A stretch of DNA of 64,000 nt from a virus (Duplodnaviria > Caudoviricetes). Below, piece by piece: positions 8,655 through 25,699 of this stretch. The notes beneath the pieces were generated by a model. It was given only the letters and a program-made list of their open reading frames with translations. It made no database searches and was not told where the DNA came from. The stretch's first letter is position 1, and the number at the start of each line of letters is the position of its first letter. Position numbers and translations under genes: made by a program. Where the stretch lies: IMG/VR virus record IMGVR_UViG_2974622612_000001, positions 6,031 through 70,030 of that record; one strand, 5' to 3'.

Positions 8655-9037
8655 TGAACGCGGCAGAACTTGCGTTGCATCGCAAGGGAACTCGCGATTT
8701 CATCAACCGAGACAAAACCACTTTGGTTTTGTACCCGTCGAATGAAGTGTGGGTTGCGGGCACAAAGGAATTCGCAGACGTTCCTCCGCGACCCCCGCAG
8801 GATTTCAAAGTCATTTACCCTGGTGCTGACTCCGGTGGAAAGACGGCCACCGACGAGGGAACCGAAACAGCGCGATACGACTTCATTCTCGTTGGAAATT
8901 GGGACGCCACGGTAGCTATTGGCGATCACTGGTCCGAGGGTGAGCAGACCTACGTCGTAGAATGGGTGCAGCCCTACAACGAGTACGAGGTCAAAGCCGG
9001 TGGAGTCAGTCACGGAAACACGCCAGCCCACGGCTGA
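8654..9037 (+). CDS. Head-to-tail stopper (probable)
   Basis: Synteny; beta-rich with GDHW/YVVEWV. Confidence 0.55.
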   Translation: MNAAELALHRKGTRDFINRDKTTLVLYPSNEVWVAGTKEFADVPPRPPQDFKVIYPGADSGGKTATDEGTETARYDFILVGNWDATVAIGDHWSEGEQTYVVEWVQPYNEYEVKAGGVSHGNTPAHG

Positions 9038-9188
9038 GCGGTATTGCGCCAACGATCAGTGTGGAATCCTGTTGGAATTCCACTCTGTAATGGTTGAACC
9101 CGGTGTTTTTCTCTGCCAGAAGTGCTTTCGGGAACGACGCAAACTCATCTTCATGGATGAAAGGCGAGCGAACCCATGGCAAAGGTAA
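9000..9188 (+). CDS. Small Zn-finger protein
   Basis: CANDQC...CQKC; overlaps both neighbours. Confidence 0.5.
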   Translation: MESVTETRQPTAERYCANDQCGILLEFHSVMVEPGVFLCQKCFRERRKLIFMDERRANPWQR

Positions 9189-9547
9189 GTTTCGAGTATG
9201 ACGCTCAAGAGCTTCGCACTAACATTCGCAACCTTGATCGTCGCATGGAAAGTGCCGTCGATGCGCTTATGGATTACGAGGCAGCGTACGCTACGGGCCA
9301 ACTCAAGATGCGTGCCCCATGGACCGACAGGACTGGTGCAGCGAGGTCCGGTCTGCTAGCTGTTGCAAACAAGCTGGGACCCGGCGCACATGAACTGATC
9401 ATGTCCTATTCTGTTCACTACGGAATCTGGCTCGAAATCGCAAACTCCGGTCAGTACGCGGTGATTGGACCGTTCCTGCCTGTGATGGGGCGACAACTCA
9501 TGCATGACTTGGAGCACTTGATCGACCGACTAGAAAGGGCGCGCTAA
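9176..9547 (+). CDS. Tail completion / neck protein (HK97 gp10-like)
   Basis: APWTDRTGAARSGL and YGIWLE motifs. Confidence 0.7.
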   Translation: MAKVSFEYDAQELRTNIRNLDRRMESAVDALMDYEAAYATGQLKMRAPWTDRTGAARSGLLAVANKLGPGAHELIMSYSVHYGIWLEIANSGQYAVIGPFLPVMGRQLMHDLEHLIDRLERAR

Positions 9548-9969
9548 TGCACCCCGCAGTGTTGTACGACAAAATCGTCCACGATCCCGAAATGAATTCA
9601 CTGGGAATTACCCCCAGTCGATTCAAGGAACTGGATTCAATCGATAAGCGCCCCTTTGACTCTGGCTACTTCATCGTCACACGTTGGTTGGATCAGGACT
9701 TGCATCCGACGATCAACCGTGGACCGCGCGACCTCATGGTCTGGGTCCACACACCCAAGGATCGCAGCCGAAACTTCCTGATTCTTGAGCGAATCTTGGA
9801 GCGTATCAACGACATTTGGGCGAGTGTCGAGGCCGAAAGCGGCACAGACGGTGTTAGAGTGACAAGCGTCAAACGTCGAGGTCAGAGCGGAAATCTGGAA
9901 GACGAGGGCTGGAAAACCATCGCACGAAACGCGACATTCAGCGTGTTGTACGACCGAAACACCGTGTAA
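9547..9969 (+). CDS. Tail terminator (probable)
   Basis: Synteny and size. Confidence 0.6.
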   Translation: MHPAVLYDKIVHDPEMNSLGITPSRFKELDSIDKRPFDSGYFIVTRWLDQDLHPTINRGPRDLMVWVHTPKDRSRNFLILERILERINDIWASVEAESGTDGVRVTSVKRRGQSGNLEDEGWKTIARNATFSVLYDRNTV

Positions 9970-10012
9970 TGACCTAAGATCGCAACTGAGGCCCGTCATC
10001 GAAGGGAAGATC

Positions 10013-10441
10013 ATGGCAGAGAGCAAGACCCCGAAGGCACCGCTGGCAGGCGATGTGCAGGCCACGCCCAAGAGCGTCGGCCCTGCTGCGGAGCTTTCGC
10101 CGGAGGAACAAGAGGCCGTGCGTCAGTCCGACAAGCGCGACGTTTCCCCGCGTGCGGCTGGGCCGGATACCAGCGGACGGCGCGTGCGCTACATCCCCTA
10201 CAAGGGCGGCACCCACGTCGAGCTTCGCAAGGGCGACTTCAAGCAGGCGTTCGGCATCGATCACCCGACCGTCCAGGCGAATTTCCGCAACAACGTCTTC
10301 ACGTTCGAAGTGGGCGACGGCAAGCGCGGAACGCTTTCGCAGGAAGCCGCCGACCTTCTCACCGAGAAGTTCCCGACCATGTTCGAATATCTCGACAACG
10401 GCGCGGATCAGTCGGAGCCGGAACCGGCTGAGAGCAAGTAG
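10013..10441 (+). CDS. Hypothetical protein
   Basis: GGGAAG RBS; biased codon usage. Confidence 0.7.
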   Translation: MAESKTPKAPLAGDVQATPKSVGPAAELSPEEQEAVRQSDKRDVSPRAAGPDTSGRRVRYIPYKGGTHVELRKGDFKQAFGIDHPTVQANFRNNVFTFEVGDGKRGTLSQEAADLLTEKFPTMFEYLDNGADQSEPEPAESK

Positions 10442-10447
10442 CCACAT

Positions 10448-10648
10448 GTGCCTGAAATCCGTTGCGCCAACAAGAAGTTCGGTGTCGTTACCGACAACGC
10501 CACCGGAATTTTCGAGGCGCTTTGCAACTCCCGCTTCTGCGGGGCGAGCAAGACGACGGTAATCAGGCACAGGTGGGACTTGAGCAAGCCGACCCACGGT
10601 TCACCGCTTTTGCCCTACGAGACAACTGAATTCAAACGACCGAAGTAG
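10448..10648 (+). CDS. Small Zn-ribbon protein (Mu Com-like)
   Basis: EIRCANKKFG...FEALCNSRFCG pattern. Confidence 0.5.
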   Translation: MPEIRCANKKFGVVTDNATGIFEALCNSRFCGASKTTVIRHRWDLSKPTHGSPLLPYETTEFKRPK

Positions 10649-10660
10649 GAGAAGAAACAA

Positions 10661-11506
10661 ATGACCGCACCAGTTTCGACTGCACTTCCGTACGGCTGCA
10701 ACGATGTCAAGCTGACGGAGTACATCGACGCGTCTGGTCAGGTGCTCGGGCCGACTTCGGTCGATCTGCCCTACATCCAGACGCTGAACTTCGCCGAGGC
10801 CGAGGAATTCCAAGAGCTTCGCGGCGACGACAAGCTGATCACCACGCGCGGTCGCGGTGCATCGGTGAACTGGGACCTCGAATCCGGTGGTATGGCAACC
10901 GAAGTGTGGGCCATCCTCACCGGTGGCGATGTCATCGAACGCGGCCTGCCTCCCTACCGCGAGGTCGAGGTCCGCAAGCGTGGCACGCAGACCCGTCCGT
11001 GGTTCCGCATCGACGGCAAGATCATTTCGGATTCAGGCGGCGACGTGCTGGTCCGAATCTATCGGTGCCGCGCGAACGACAACATTCAGGCCAACTTCGC
11101 TGACGGTGAATTCACCACCACCAGCGTCAGTGGCGTCGGCTACCCGCTGCTGGACGACACCAACGATCTGCTCTACAGCATCTTCCGTCGTGAGACTTCC
11201 AGCGCGATTTCGCTGACACCGGAGCCGAATCCCGTTCAGTCGCCGCTCAACCTGACCGCAGGCACCGTCGCCTCCGGCCAGGCGCAGCTTCTCTGGACGC
11301 CGGTTGTGGGTGCCACCGAGTACGGCATCTACGTGTCCGACGACCAGGACGGCCCGTTTGAGGAAGGCACCCCGGCCACGTCGGTCAGCGCCAACGTCAC
11401 TCAGACCGGGCTGGCCGCTGGCCCGCACTGGTTCCAGGTGACGGCCACCGTGGGCGGCGTCGAGAGCGATCCCTGCCCGCCGATCCTGGTTACCGTCCCG
11501 GCGTAA
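10661..11506 (+). CDS. Major tail protein with C-terminal FN3/Ig-like domain
   Basis: AGGAG RBS; ELRGDD motif; C-terminal PLNL...LLWTPV...YGIY...WFQVTA. Confidence 0.85.
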   Translation: MTAPVSTALPYGCNDVKLTEYIDASGQVLGPTSVDLPYIQTLNFAEAEEFQELRGDDKLITTRGRGASVNWDLESGGMATEVWAILTGGDVIERGLPPYREVEVRKRGTQTRPWFRIDGKIISDSGGDVLVRIYRCRANDNIQANFADGEFTTTSVSGVGYPLLDDTNDLLYSIFRRETSSAISLTPEPNPVQSPLNLTAGTVASGQAQLLWTPVVGATEYGIYVSDDQDGPFEEGTPATSVSANVTQTGLAAGPHWFQVTATVGGVESDPCPPILVTVPA

Positions 11507-11514
11507 CCAAGCAC

Positions 11515-11561
11515 CGAGGCTGCCGGGGAGCGGACACCACCGCGTTGATCCGGCAGCCTCG
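11515..11561 (+). terminator. Stem-loop after the major tail gene
   Basis: CGAGGCTGCCGG/CCGGCAGCCTCG 12-bp stem. Confidence 0.55.
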
Positions 11562-11604
11562 TTGAAAACAGAAGACATTGCACTAGGAGACCAAGGAGTC
11601 CGCA

Positions 11605-12216
11605 ATGGGAAATCACGCCAGTTCGAATCGCTACGCAGTTCAAACGAAGTGGGAGAAGTCCCGCGAGTTCAAGCTGCCCTTTGACTACATCATCGGCGTA
11701 GGTCCCGCCGAAGATGAAGCGGCAGCGGATGCCGCTGAGTCAGAGGGCAAGCAGGTCGTCCAGCTTCGCCGGATGGACATGGGCGACCTGATCAAGTGCG
11801 GGATCGCAGAGGAATTGGACTTCATGTCCAAGGCTCTGATGACCGACGATTCCAAGCAGAGCGGCGAAAAAGCCGCCGAGGCCGTCAACCGCGCAATCAT
11901 GAAGGCCGACAACTACTCCCGCATGGAGAAGATGGTCAACCTCGTCGTGCAGGCCGGTGTCGTGCAGCCGCAGCTTCACCTTCCCCCGCGTGATGAAGCC
12001 GCGAGGCAAAAGGGTCTGATTTACGTCGATTGGCTTCCGTGGGATGACCGCATGGAGCTTTTCGCGGTGATCTTCGAAACCGAGGGACTGTCCACGTTTC
12101 GCCCAGAACAAGAGGCTGGTGTGGGAAACGTGGAACATGAGTCAGGCGTACAACTGCCTTCCGACGGACCTGTGGCACTTCGATCCGACGACCCCGAAGG
12201 GGTTTTACTTCAATAG
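11605..12216 (+). CDS. Tail assembly chaperone (G)
   Basis: Between major tail and tape measure; AAGGAG RBS. Confidence 0.8.
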   Translation: MGNHASSNRYAVQTKWEKSREFKLPFDYIIGVGPAEDEAAADAAESEGKQVVQLRRMDMGDLIKCGIAEELDFMSKALMTDDSKQSGEKAAEAVNRAIMKADNYSRMEKMVNLVVQAGVVQPQLHLPPRDEAARQKGLIYVDWLPWDDRMELFAVIFETEGLSTFRPEQEAGVGNVEHESGVQLPSDGPVALRSDDPEGVLLQ

Positions 12217-12481
12217 AGGCGTCTACTATTTCGGACGCAAGGTGCAGTCCGAAATGGACGAAGCCGAAGCTCGCTCACGGAAAGGACGCAAGGCCGGTGC
12301 AGGAACAGACGCCCTTGCAAACGGAGCGAGACTCGCTGCTCTTGAACGGAACATTGGCGTGAAAATCAAACGTCACCGTGAGCCGGATAAGATCGGGAGC
12401 TTCGGCGGCAGTGGGCAATTCGTTGATCAACCGGGCAAGCAGAAAGCAGAAGGTACCGTAGTCTGGCGAGAAATGGGGTGA
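12101..12481 (+). CDS. Tail assembly chaperone T-domain in the +1 frame (probable G-T fusion)
   Basis: Frame open 12071-12481; overlaps G; ends 6 nt before the tape measure. Confidence 0.65.
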   Translation, partial: AQNKRLVWETWNMSQAYNCLPTDLWHFDPTTPKGFYFNRGVYYFGRKVQSEMDEAEARSRKGRKAGAGTDALANGARLAALERNIGVKIKRHREPDKIGSFGGSGQFVDQPGKQKAEGTVVWREMG

Positions 12482-12486
12482 GATAG

Positions 12487-19501
<7,015 letters not shown>

Positions 19502-19505
<4 letters not shown>

Positions 19506-21145
19506 TCACGGATCGTCTGCGGTGGACGGTCATAGAGGCCAACACCAACCGGATTCTCACCCGAGACCTCAACGTGGTTGAGCCAGAGGTCATGATCGGC
19601 TTGAGCGAGCCGAGCCACATGGCGTTCAAACTGCCGCCGACAGAACAGTATCGAAGCTCAGCCGGAATCGACTGGAAAACGAACGGGCAGTTGGTCGTTT
19701 GCGAAATCGAAATCGATTACGAACGCAGGGTGTTCGGCATCGGAATCACTCAGGCTCCGAAGATCGATCCGGCCAGCGGTACCATGCAGGTCGAGCTTCT
19801 GGGACCCATGGGCTATCCCAAGGGCGAGCCGTGGTTGGAGAATTTCAACCCCATCGCCGTTGATCCTGCCGAGGTCTTTCAACGAGTCTGGGCCTACTTA
19901 CAGTCATTTTCCAACGCGCAGTTGGGAATTGAAGTGACTCCGGCCTCCACCGGAACGCAGATGCTACCCGGCTACGGATACGACGGATCGATTCTGTCGT
20001 TTGACTTCTTCGCTATGTTCATTCGCGCTGTTGACCTCCCAGACGCCGGAGACGTTCTCATGGGTCTGGCGCGAGACATTCCACTGGATATGTTCGAACG
20101 TGCGTGGTGGAACGAGGATCGGACAGAGCTTACTCGCAAAATCGAAATCGCTTACCCCTACGGTGGATTGCATCAGGATCATCTTGCTTTCCGCTCTGGT
20201 GAGAATATCGTTCAGGCCGAATTGGCTGAGGAAATGGACATTGAACCGGTGTCCGACATCATCATTCGGTCGTGGCTGCCGGGAAAGATGATGAGCGCAC
20301 GGTTGTCCAACGCCGATCCGACGCGCTACCGCAAGACGGCAATCGAAGAAGACGCCAAGATCGATTCGACAGAGCGTGCGATGGCGTGGGCGAAGCGAAA
20401 GTTGCAGCGCCGCAACATCCCTCTGAGTTTTTCCAAGATCACTGTCATTCCCGATCACCCGCACGCGCCATTCGGCACCTATGACGTGGGTGATTCGATC
20501 TTCGTGGAATACTACGATTATCCGTGGAAAGGCGACATTCAGCAGTGGCACCGGATCACCAGCATTACCTACGATCAGGACGCCGGAATCGTTGAACTCG
20601 GACTCAAGGTCGAGGGTGCATTCAACTACGATCCCATCGAATACAACCCCGATTGGGAGGAAGAACCGCACGTCGATCCCAACCGACTTTTCAACGGATA
20701 CTTCGATACAAACCTGTCGGGCTGGAAATCCAATGGGGGACAGTGGTTTCGGGTCGGCAACATCACGTTCGACACCGAGATTCAACCCAACGCGGGGTCG
20801 GTGCGCGTCGATCTGGACGACAACGGCGCACGGTTCCGATCCAGCCGTGCTCATGTCGTCCCAGGTGAGACCCTATCGCTCATGGCAGCAGTGCGCTGGC
20901 AGGAAGTCGAGATCAACACCGGAGCATTCCGGCTCATGGCCCACACTTCATACAACGGCACGGCAGTCGGTTCGTTCGTTGTCGATGAGTACGTGAATCC
21001 TTCTGGCACACACGCTTTCGAGCTTCTGACTTCGAATTGGACTGTGCCAGAAGGGGTTAACGAGGTCGCGCTTGAATTCATCGCGACACCGGAAGTTCAG
21101 GGCGGCATGTCCTGGTGGACGTACGCGAGGGTGATTCCAGCATGA
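19502..21145 (+). CDS. Minor tail protein (hub-like) with C-terminal carbohydrate-binding-like domain
   Basis: Synteny; NRLFNGYFDTNLSGW CBM-like start. Confidence 0.8.
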
Positions 21146-24100
21146 TGCCAGGTGGTGCAGCAGCGTACGGCGGCTACAAAGCGGAGTCGTCGGAGAGCCG
21201 CGCGCTGCGGTCCTTCGCTTCCGACAAGTTCGACTACCGTGATCAGGGTAAGAACCTGATCCAACTCAACAACGCTGTCGGCTTCATTTCCGGCATGATG
21301 CGCAAGCAACAGCGTGCGATTGACCAGGCGAACCAGAACTTCATACAGCAATTACAGTCTCTCATAACGGATTTGATCGTTATGTTGGGCGGTGGTGGTG
21401 ACACCGGCCTTGACTTCGGTGACCTCAAGTACGTCATTCAGGCCATCGGCGCGATGTTCGGCTTCGCAGATGAAAACGGTAACATCACTGTGCCCGTTAA
21501 CATCTTCAACGCCGCATGGCATTTCTTCTCGAATTACCTTGGGGGAACTGCCAACTTCCGCGAATTGATCGATCAGCTTATTGATAACGCAATCGCCACG
21601 GTTCTCGACCTGTTCGGTGAGGTCCCGATTGCCGGTCAAGCGTTACAGCAGTTGGCCGTATTCATTAGTGACATCCGTGATCTGCTTTTGCCGGTCGTGG
21701 ACGCGCTGCAAACCCTGTTGGATTCGCTCAACATTCAGCTTGACGACATCCAGGGGATCGCAGACTTCTTCGGACCTCTGAAACCGTTGGTAGACGCGCT
21801 CTTTGAAGCCTTGGAGGGTATCGACCTTCCCGACTTCTCGGCTGCGCTGCGCATGTTGATTCAGCTCGGAACGCCGCTGATCAACTTGATCGCGAAGGCG
21901 ATACTCGCAGTCGCAGCGTTTATCAAGATGCTCACCGGCCAGGGTACGATTCAACAGTTCGGGGACGCACTGGCAGCCATGACGCTGGCTGTTGATCCCA
22001 ATGCGGGCGGTGGAAATGGCCTGAGCTTCGGTGACATCGGTCAGGGGCTTCTCCAAACGGTGCTGGCCGACATGCTCGGCGGTGCCGATTGGACAGAACT
22101 GTTCCAAGAACTCACCGGCCAGTCTGGCGGGTTGGCCGATCTGGGAAACTGGTTGAAAACCAACCTGTTTGGGCCGATTCTCCCCAGCCGTTTGACTTCG
22201 ATTCCGGTTGCATCGATTGCTAACACCGGACAGAACGCACTGATCAACCCCAGCTTCACTGGGCCAGACAGTGTGGAAACCATCGGCAGCTTCACCCACG
22301 ATGCCGTGGACGGCCACTCAGCAGCCGGTTGCGCGTCGGTCACCGCAGACGGGACACGCAAATCGATTGTCTCCAACTTCATTCCAGCAGTCGAGGGCCA
22401 GAAGTGGGACATTCACGCGTGGACGAAGTACATCGGTTTGGTTGCCACGGCAGGCCAAAATGCCATCCGGCTCAATGTGATTGGCTACAACAACAATACG
22501 TTGGTCCGCACCGATATGGTCACGTCGATCACGTCACCGACCGGAACCTCTGCCAACGGAGCGCCGCACAACAACTTCGTACAGATTCCACCGGTTTCCT
22601 ACATCGTTCCGGCAGGCGTGAATCGCTTTGTGCTGGAAGCAATGGTGACCGAAGCGGCGACCGCAGGCACAGTCAAGTTCGATGACGGTTGGGTTGCGCC
22701 GACCGGGCTTCTGCCACAGTGGCTCGTCCAAAACCTGCCCCAAGACCTACAGGATACGATTGCGTTCGCGCAGACGATCATCAACAAACTGTGGACTACG
22801 TTCTCCGGCTTTGAATCTCCGGTGGACATCCTGATCGAAGAACTGCAAGACATCATGTCGTCCATCCCGCCCGATCACGTGCAGGGGCTTTCGGGTGGCA
22901 CGATCATCGATACCTTCCAGAACACGATCAACGCGTTGTGGAATGGCTTTGCACGTGCGACCGGTCAGGTCAACAAGTCCATCATCGACGTTGCCAATCA
23001 GGCGTCAGACACCGTTGACACCGCAGTCACCAGTCGTGACCTCGGTGAGTGGAATAACGCGATCCTCGGCATTCGGGATGCAAACGGATTCTTTTCCGGC
23101 ACTGATCCCACGGCGAAGTCGATGTATCCGATTCCTGACTGGCCCGCCAGTGGTGACCCGGTAGCGGTTACGGCGTCGTCTTCGAATGTGCCCATTGCGT
23201 TTTGGTTCGCAGAGGAAGACGCCAAGCGCGGTTCGGTGCAGTGGTTCGGCAAGGGCAACGCCAACATCACAGCGTTTTTCGTTGACGTGTATAAGATCAA
23301 CTACACGACGATGCAGTTGGAATTCCTGCACACGTCTCCCGATCTTCTGCCGCAACTGTCTGCCGGTTGGAAAAAGATCACCTACAACATGCTCACGGCT
23401 GATCGCGTTGACGTGGTTCACGGCGACGTGCTCGCGTTCGCATTCCGCGTCACCGGTACCGGAACGCATCAGATTCAGGTCAAACCGCTGGGCACCATGC
23501 CCAACGACACCACTCGGCATCCGTTCCGACCCTGTGCAATTCGAACCGGCGTCGGCACGATTAATCTCGCCAGCCTCAACTACACCGGCGATTACCCTTG
23601 GGTCACAGTCGGAATCGTAGAAGGCGACGTTGCACCGCCGTTCTACGCCCCTCGCACAACGCAATTCAACTCGGTCGGCACGTTCGTTTACGACGTTCCT
23701 CCGTGGGCCAAGTACGTTGACGGCGTTCTCTGCGGTGCTGCCGGTGGTGGTAAGGGCGGTAACGGCGGCGACACTCGTCCCGGTTACGGTGGTAACGCAG
23801 GCGAATGGCGCGGAGAAACGCTCGTCCGTGGCATCGATTTCCCCGATATTCCCAACGCGCAGATCATCTTTGACATCGGCGCTGGTGGTCAGGGTGGCAA
23901 CAAGGAGCAGAACGGCTCCACTGGCGGGGTTACCCGTCGCCGTGCAATCTCTGGCGGCAAGGCCGAATTGAATGCTCCGGCTGGTGCTGGTGCAACTCAG
24001 TACGGTTCCGGTACCGATCCTATGAGCACTGGTCGCAGTCCTGGTGATTTCACCTTCGCTGGAAAGCTTTACAACGGCGGCATCGGTGGTACCGGTGGCC

Positions 24101-24228
24101 GTCCTGGTGCGAATGGTGGATCGCCTGGTGCCGGTGGTGGTGGTGGCTACGGCGGTATCTACACAGTGGCTTACGCTGGTGGCGACGGTGGCCGTGGTGC
24201 TGGCTGGGCTACAGCAAGGCAGAGCTAA
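21142..24228 (+). CDS. Large minor tail protein (CBM-like and Gly-rich domains)
   Basis: NALINPSF...KFDD CBM-like segment; GAAGGG/GGGGG collar-type repeats; ATGA overlap. Confidence 0.8.
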   Translation: MMPGGAAAYGGYKAESSESRALRSFASDKFDYRDQGKNLIQLNNAVGFISGMMRKQQRAIDQANQNFIQQLQSLITDLIVMLGGGGDTGLDFGDLKYVIQAIGAMFGFADENGNITVPVNIFNAAWHFFSNYLGGTANFRELIDQLIDNAIATVLDLFGEVPIAGQALQQLAVFISDIRDLLLPVVDALQTLLDSLNIQLDDIQGIADFFGPLKPLVDALFEALEGIDLPDFSAALRMLIQLGTPLINLIAKAILAVAAFIKMLTGQGTIQQFGDALAAMTLAVDPNAGGGNGLSFGDIGQGLLQTVLADMLGGADWTELFQELTGQSGGLADLGNWLKTNLFGPILPSRLTSIPVASIANTGQNALINPSFTGPDSVETIGSFTHDAVDGHSAAGCASVTADGTRKSIVSNFIPAVEGQKWDIHAWTKYIGLVATAGQNAIRLNVIGYNNNTLVRTDMVTSITSPTGTSANGAPHNNFVQIPPVSYIVPAGVNRFVLEAMVTEAATAGTVKFDDGWVAPTGLLPQWLVQNLPQDLQDTIAFAQTIINKLWTTFSGFESPVDILIEELQDIMSSIPPDHVQGLSGGTIIDTFQNTINALWNGFARATGQVNKSIIDVANQASDTVDTAVTSRDLGEWNNAILGIRDANGFFSGTDPTAKSMYPIPDWPASGDPVAVTASSSNVPIAFWFAEEDAKRGSVQWFGKGNANITAFFVDVYKINYTTMQLEFLHTSPDLLPQLSAGWKKITYNMLTADRVDVVHGDVLAFAFRVTGTGTHQIQVKPLGTMPNDTTRHPFRPCAIRTGVGTINLASLNYTGDYPWVTVGIVEGDVAPPFYAPRTTQFNSVGTFVYDVPPWAKYVDGVLCGAAGGGKGGNGGDTRPGYGGNAGEWRGETLVRGIDFPDIPNAQIIFDIGAGGQGGNKEQNGSTGGVTRRRAISGGKAELNAPAGAGATQYGSGTDPMSTGRSPGDFTFAGKLYNGGIGGTGGRPGANGGSPGAGGGGGYGGIYTVAYAGGDGGRGAGWATARQS

Positions 24229-25256
24229 TGTGGTTTGATCATCCACCGCTGGAAACGCTGGCGAAAGCACCGACAACGGGGTGGTTTTCGCAGCCGACCG
24301 ATCCGGTCACGCCTCCACCCGAGACCGGCTGGTGGGAGATATTTCACGCCGTTGCAACAGGATTGGGTATCGGTTCTGGTGACGCTACTGCACTCGCCAA
24401 GCTGATCGCTCAATCAACCGGGTCGGGGTCTGGTATCGGTGCAACCTCGATCCTGTTGACGGCCTTCGCAATTGCAAATGGCAGTGGCGCTGCCCTTGCA
24501 ACGACGATTTCAAAACTGATTGCGGAGGGATTCGGAGCCGGTGCAGGTACGGCAGGCATCATCGGTCGTCAGGCCGCAGTGGGTGCCGAAAGCTCTGGTG
24601 TTGGGCCAGGATCGGCGGCATTCCTAGCGAATCTACTTGCAATTACAGAAGGAAGCGGTGTAGGTCCCGGCTCTCTTGTCATTCCTGCGCAGACTCCGGT
24701 TACTTATCAGCAGACGGTACCTGGGACTTTCACTATCGATTTGCCGTGGTGGGCAATGATCCCCGGCGTGCTGATTGATTACGCTCTACTCTCTGGTGGT
24801 CGTGGCGGTCGTGGTGGTGCTTTCATTGCCGGTGGTGGTGGTGGTGCCGGAGAATGGGCCACTGGAACTTTGACTTACGGGAATCAGATTCCAAACGGAA
24901 CCACTCAATTGCAGCTTTACATCGCTCCGCAGTCTCCCGGTTCTGCTGGAAACATCAACCCACAGAATCCGAATCCTGAACCGGGACCGACGATTTTACG
25001 CTTGACCAATGGGACAGCACTTGCGACGGCTCCTGCTGACAATGACGAATCCGGCTCTCAGAATGGCGCTTCTCGATCTTCGGTGACCTACAATGGTGTG
25101 ACTTACCCCGGTGGTAACGGTGGTACAGGCAACGGTGGTAGTGCAACTGGAAACGGTGCCGGTGGTGCTGGTGGTAACGGATCGTTCTTCGGTACAGGTA
25201 GTCGTGGTGGCAACGGCTCTCCCGGTAGAGGCAACTTGGTAATCAGACAACCGTAG
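24228..25256 (+). CDS. Gly-rich minor tail protein
   Basis: GGGGGAG repeats; TAATG coupling. Confidence 0.75.
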   Translation: MWFDHPPLETLAKAPTTGWFSQPTDPVTPPPETGWWEIFHAVATGLGIGSGDATALAKLIAQSTGSGSGIGATSILLTAFAIANGSGAALATTISKLIAEGFGAGAGTAGIIGRQAAVGAESSGVGPGSAAFLANLLAITEGSGVGPGSLVIPAQTPVTYQQTVPGTFTIDLPWWAMIPGVLIDYALLSGGRGGRGGAFIAGGGGGAGEWATGTLTYGNQIPNGTTQLQLYIAPQSPGSAGNINPQNPNPEPGPTILRLTNGTALATAPADNDESGSQNGASRSSVTYNGVTYPGGNGGTGNGGSATGNGAGGAGGNGSFFGTGSRGGNGSPGRGNLVIRQP

Positions 25257-25283
25257 GAAAACGAACTAGGAAACGAGAGAAAA

Positions 25284-25658
25284 GTGCCTGCATCTGACGC
25301 CTTCAAAATTGAACAGGCTCGGCAAGCTGGACTCCAAGGTGCCCTTGTCGCTTTGCATTCCAGCGCCGTCAACCCCGCTTTACCCAACACCAACGAGGTT
25401 GCCGGTTCTGGCTACGGACGACTGACGACGGTCTGGGGAACTCCGGTCATCGGCTCTGGCGGGGATGCTGGCAAGGCCGTAATGACCGGCAGCACAATCC
25501 GTTTCACGGTTCCCGCAGGGCAGACCGCTTCGCATTATTCGGTGCGAAAGAGCGACGGAACATTCCTATGGGCCGACGCGTTGGATTCGTCGCTGACGGT
25601 CAATTCCGGTTCGGCACAAGTCGATGTGACACCGCGCTACAAATACACCCACGCTTAG
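25284..25658 (+). CDS. Small virion structural protein
   Basis: NEVAGSGYGR motif; end of tail module. Confidence 0.6.
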   Translation: MPASDAFKIEQARQAGLQGALVALHSSAVNPALPNTNEVAGSGYGRLTTVWGTPVIGSGGDAGKAVMTGSTIRFTVPAGQTASHYSVRKSDGTFLWADALDSSLTVNSGSAQVDVTPRYKYTHA

Positions 25659-25699
25659 TTTGATCCGCTAGACTAGGCTGAAACCGGACGGAGGTTCTT

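Noticed and set aside
12199-12206. GGGGTTTT as a canonical -1 slippery site
   Set aside because: G reads GGG GTT TTA, the wrong phase for X XXY YYZ; the -1 frame stops after about 53 codons; the T-like domain is in the +1 frame and starts about 100 nt earlier.
23740-25230. GGT/GGC-rich repeats
   Set aside because: Ordinary Gly-rich coding of minor tail proteins.
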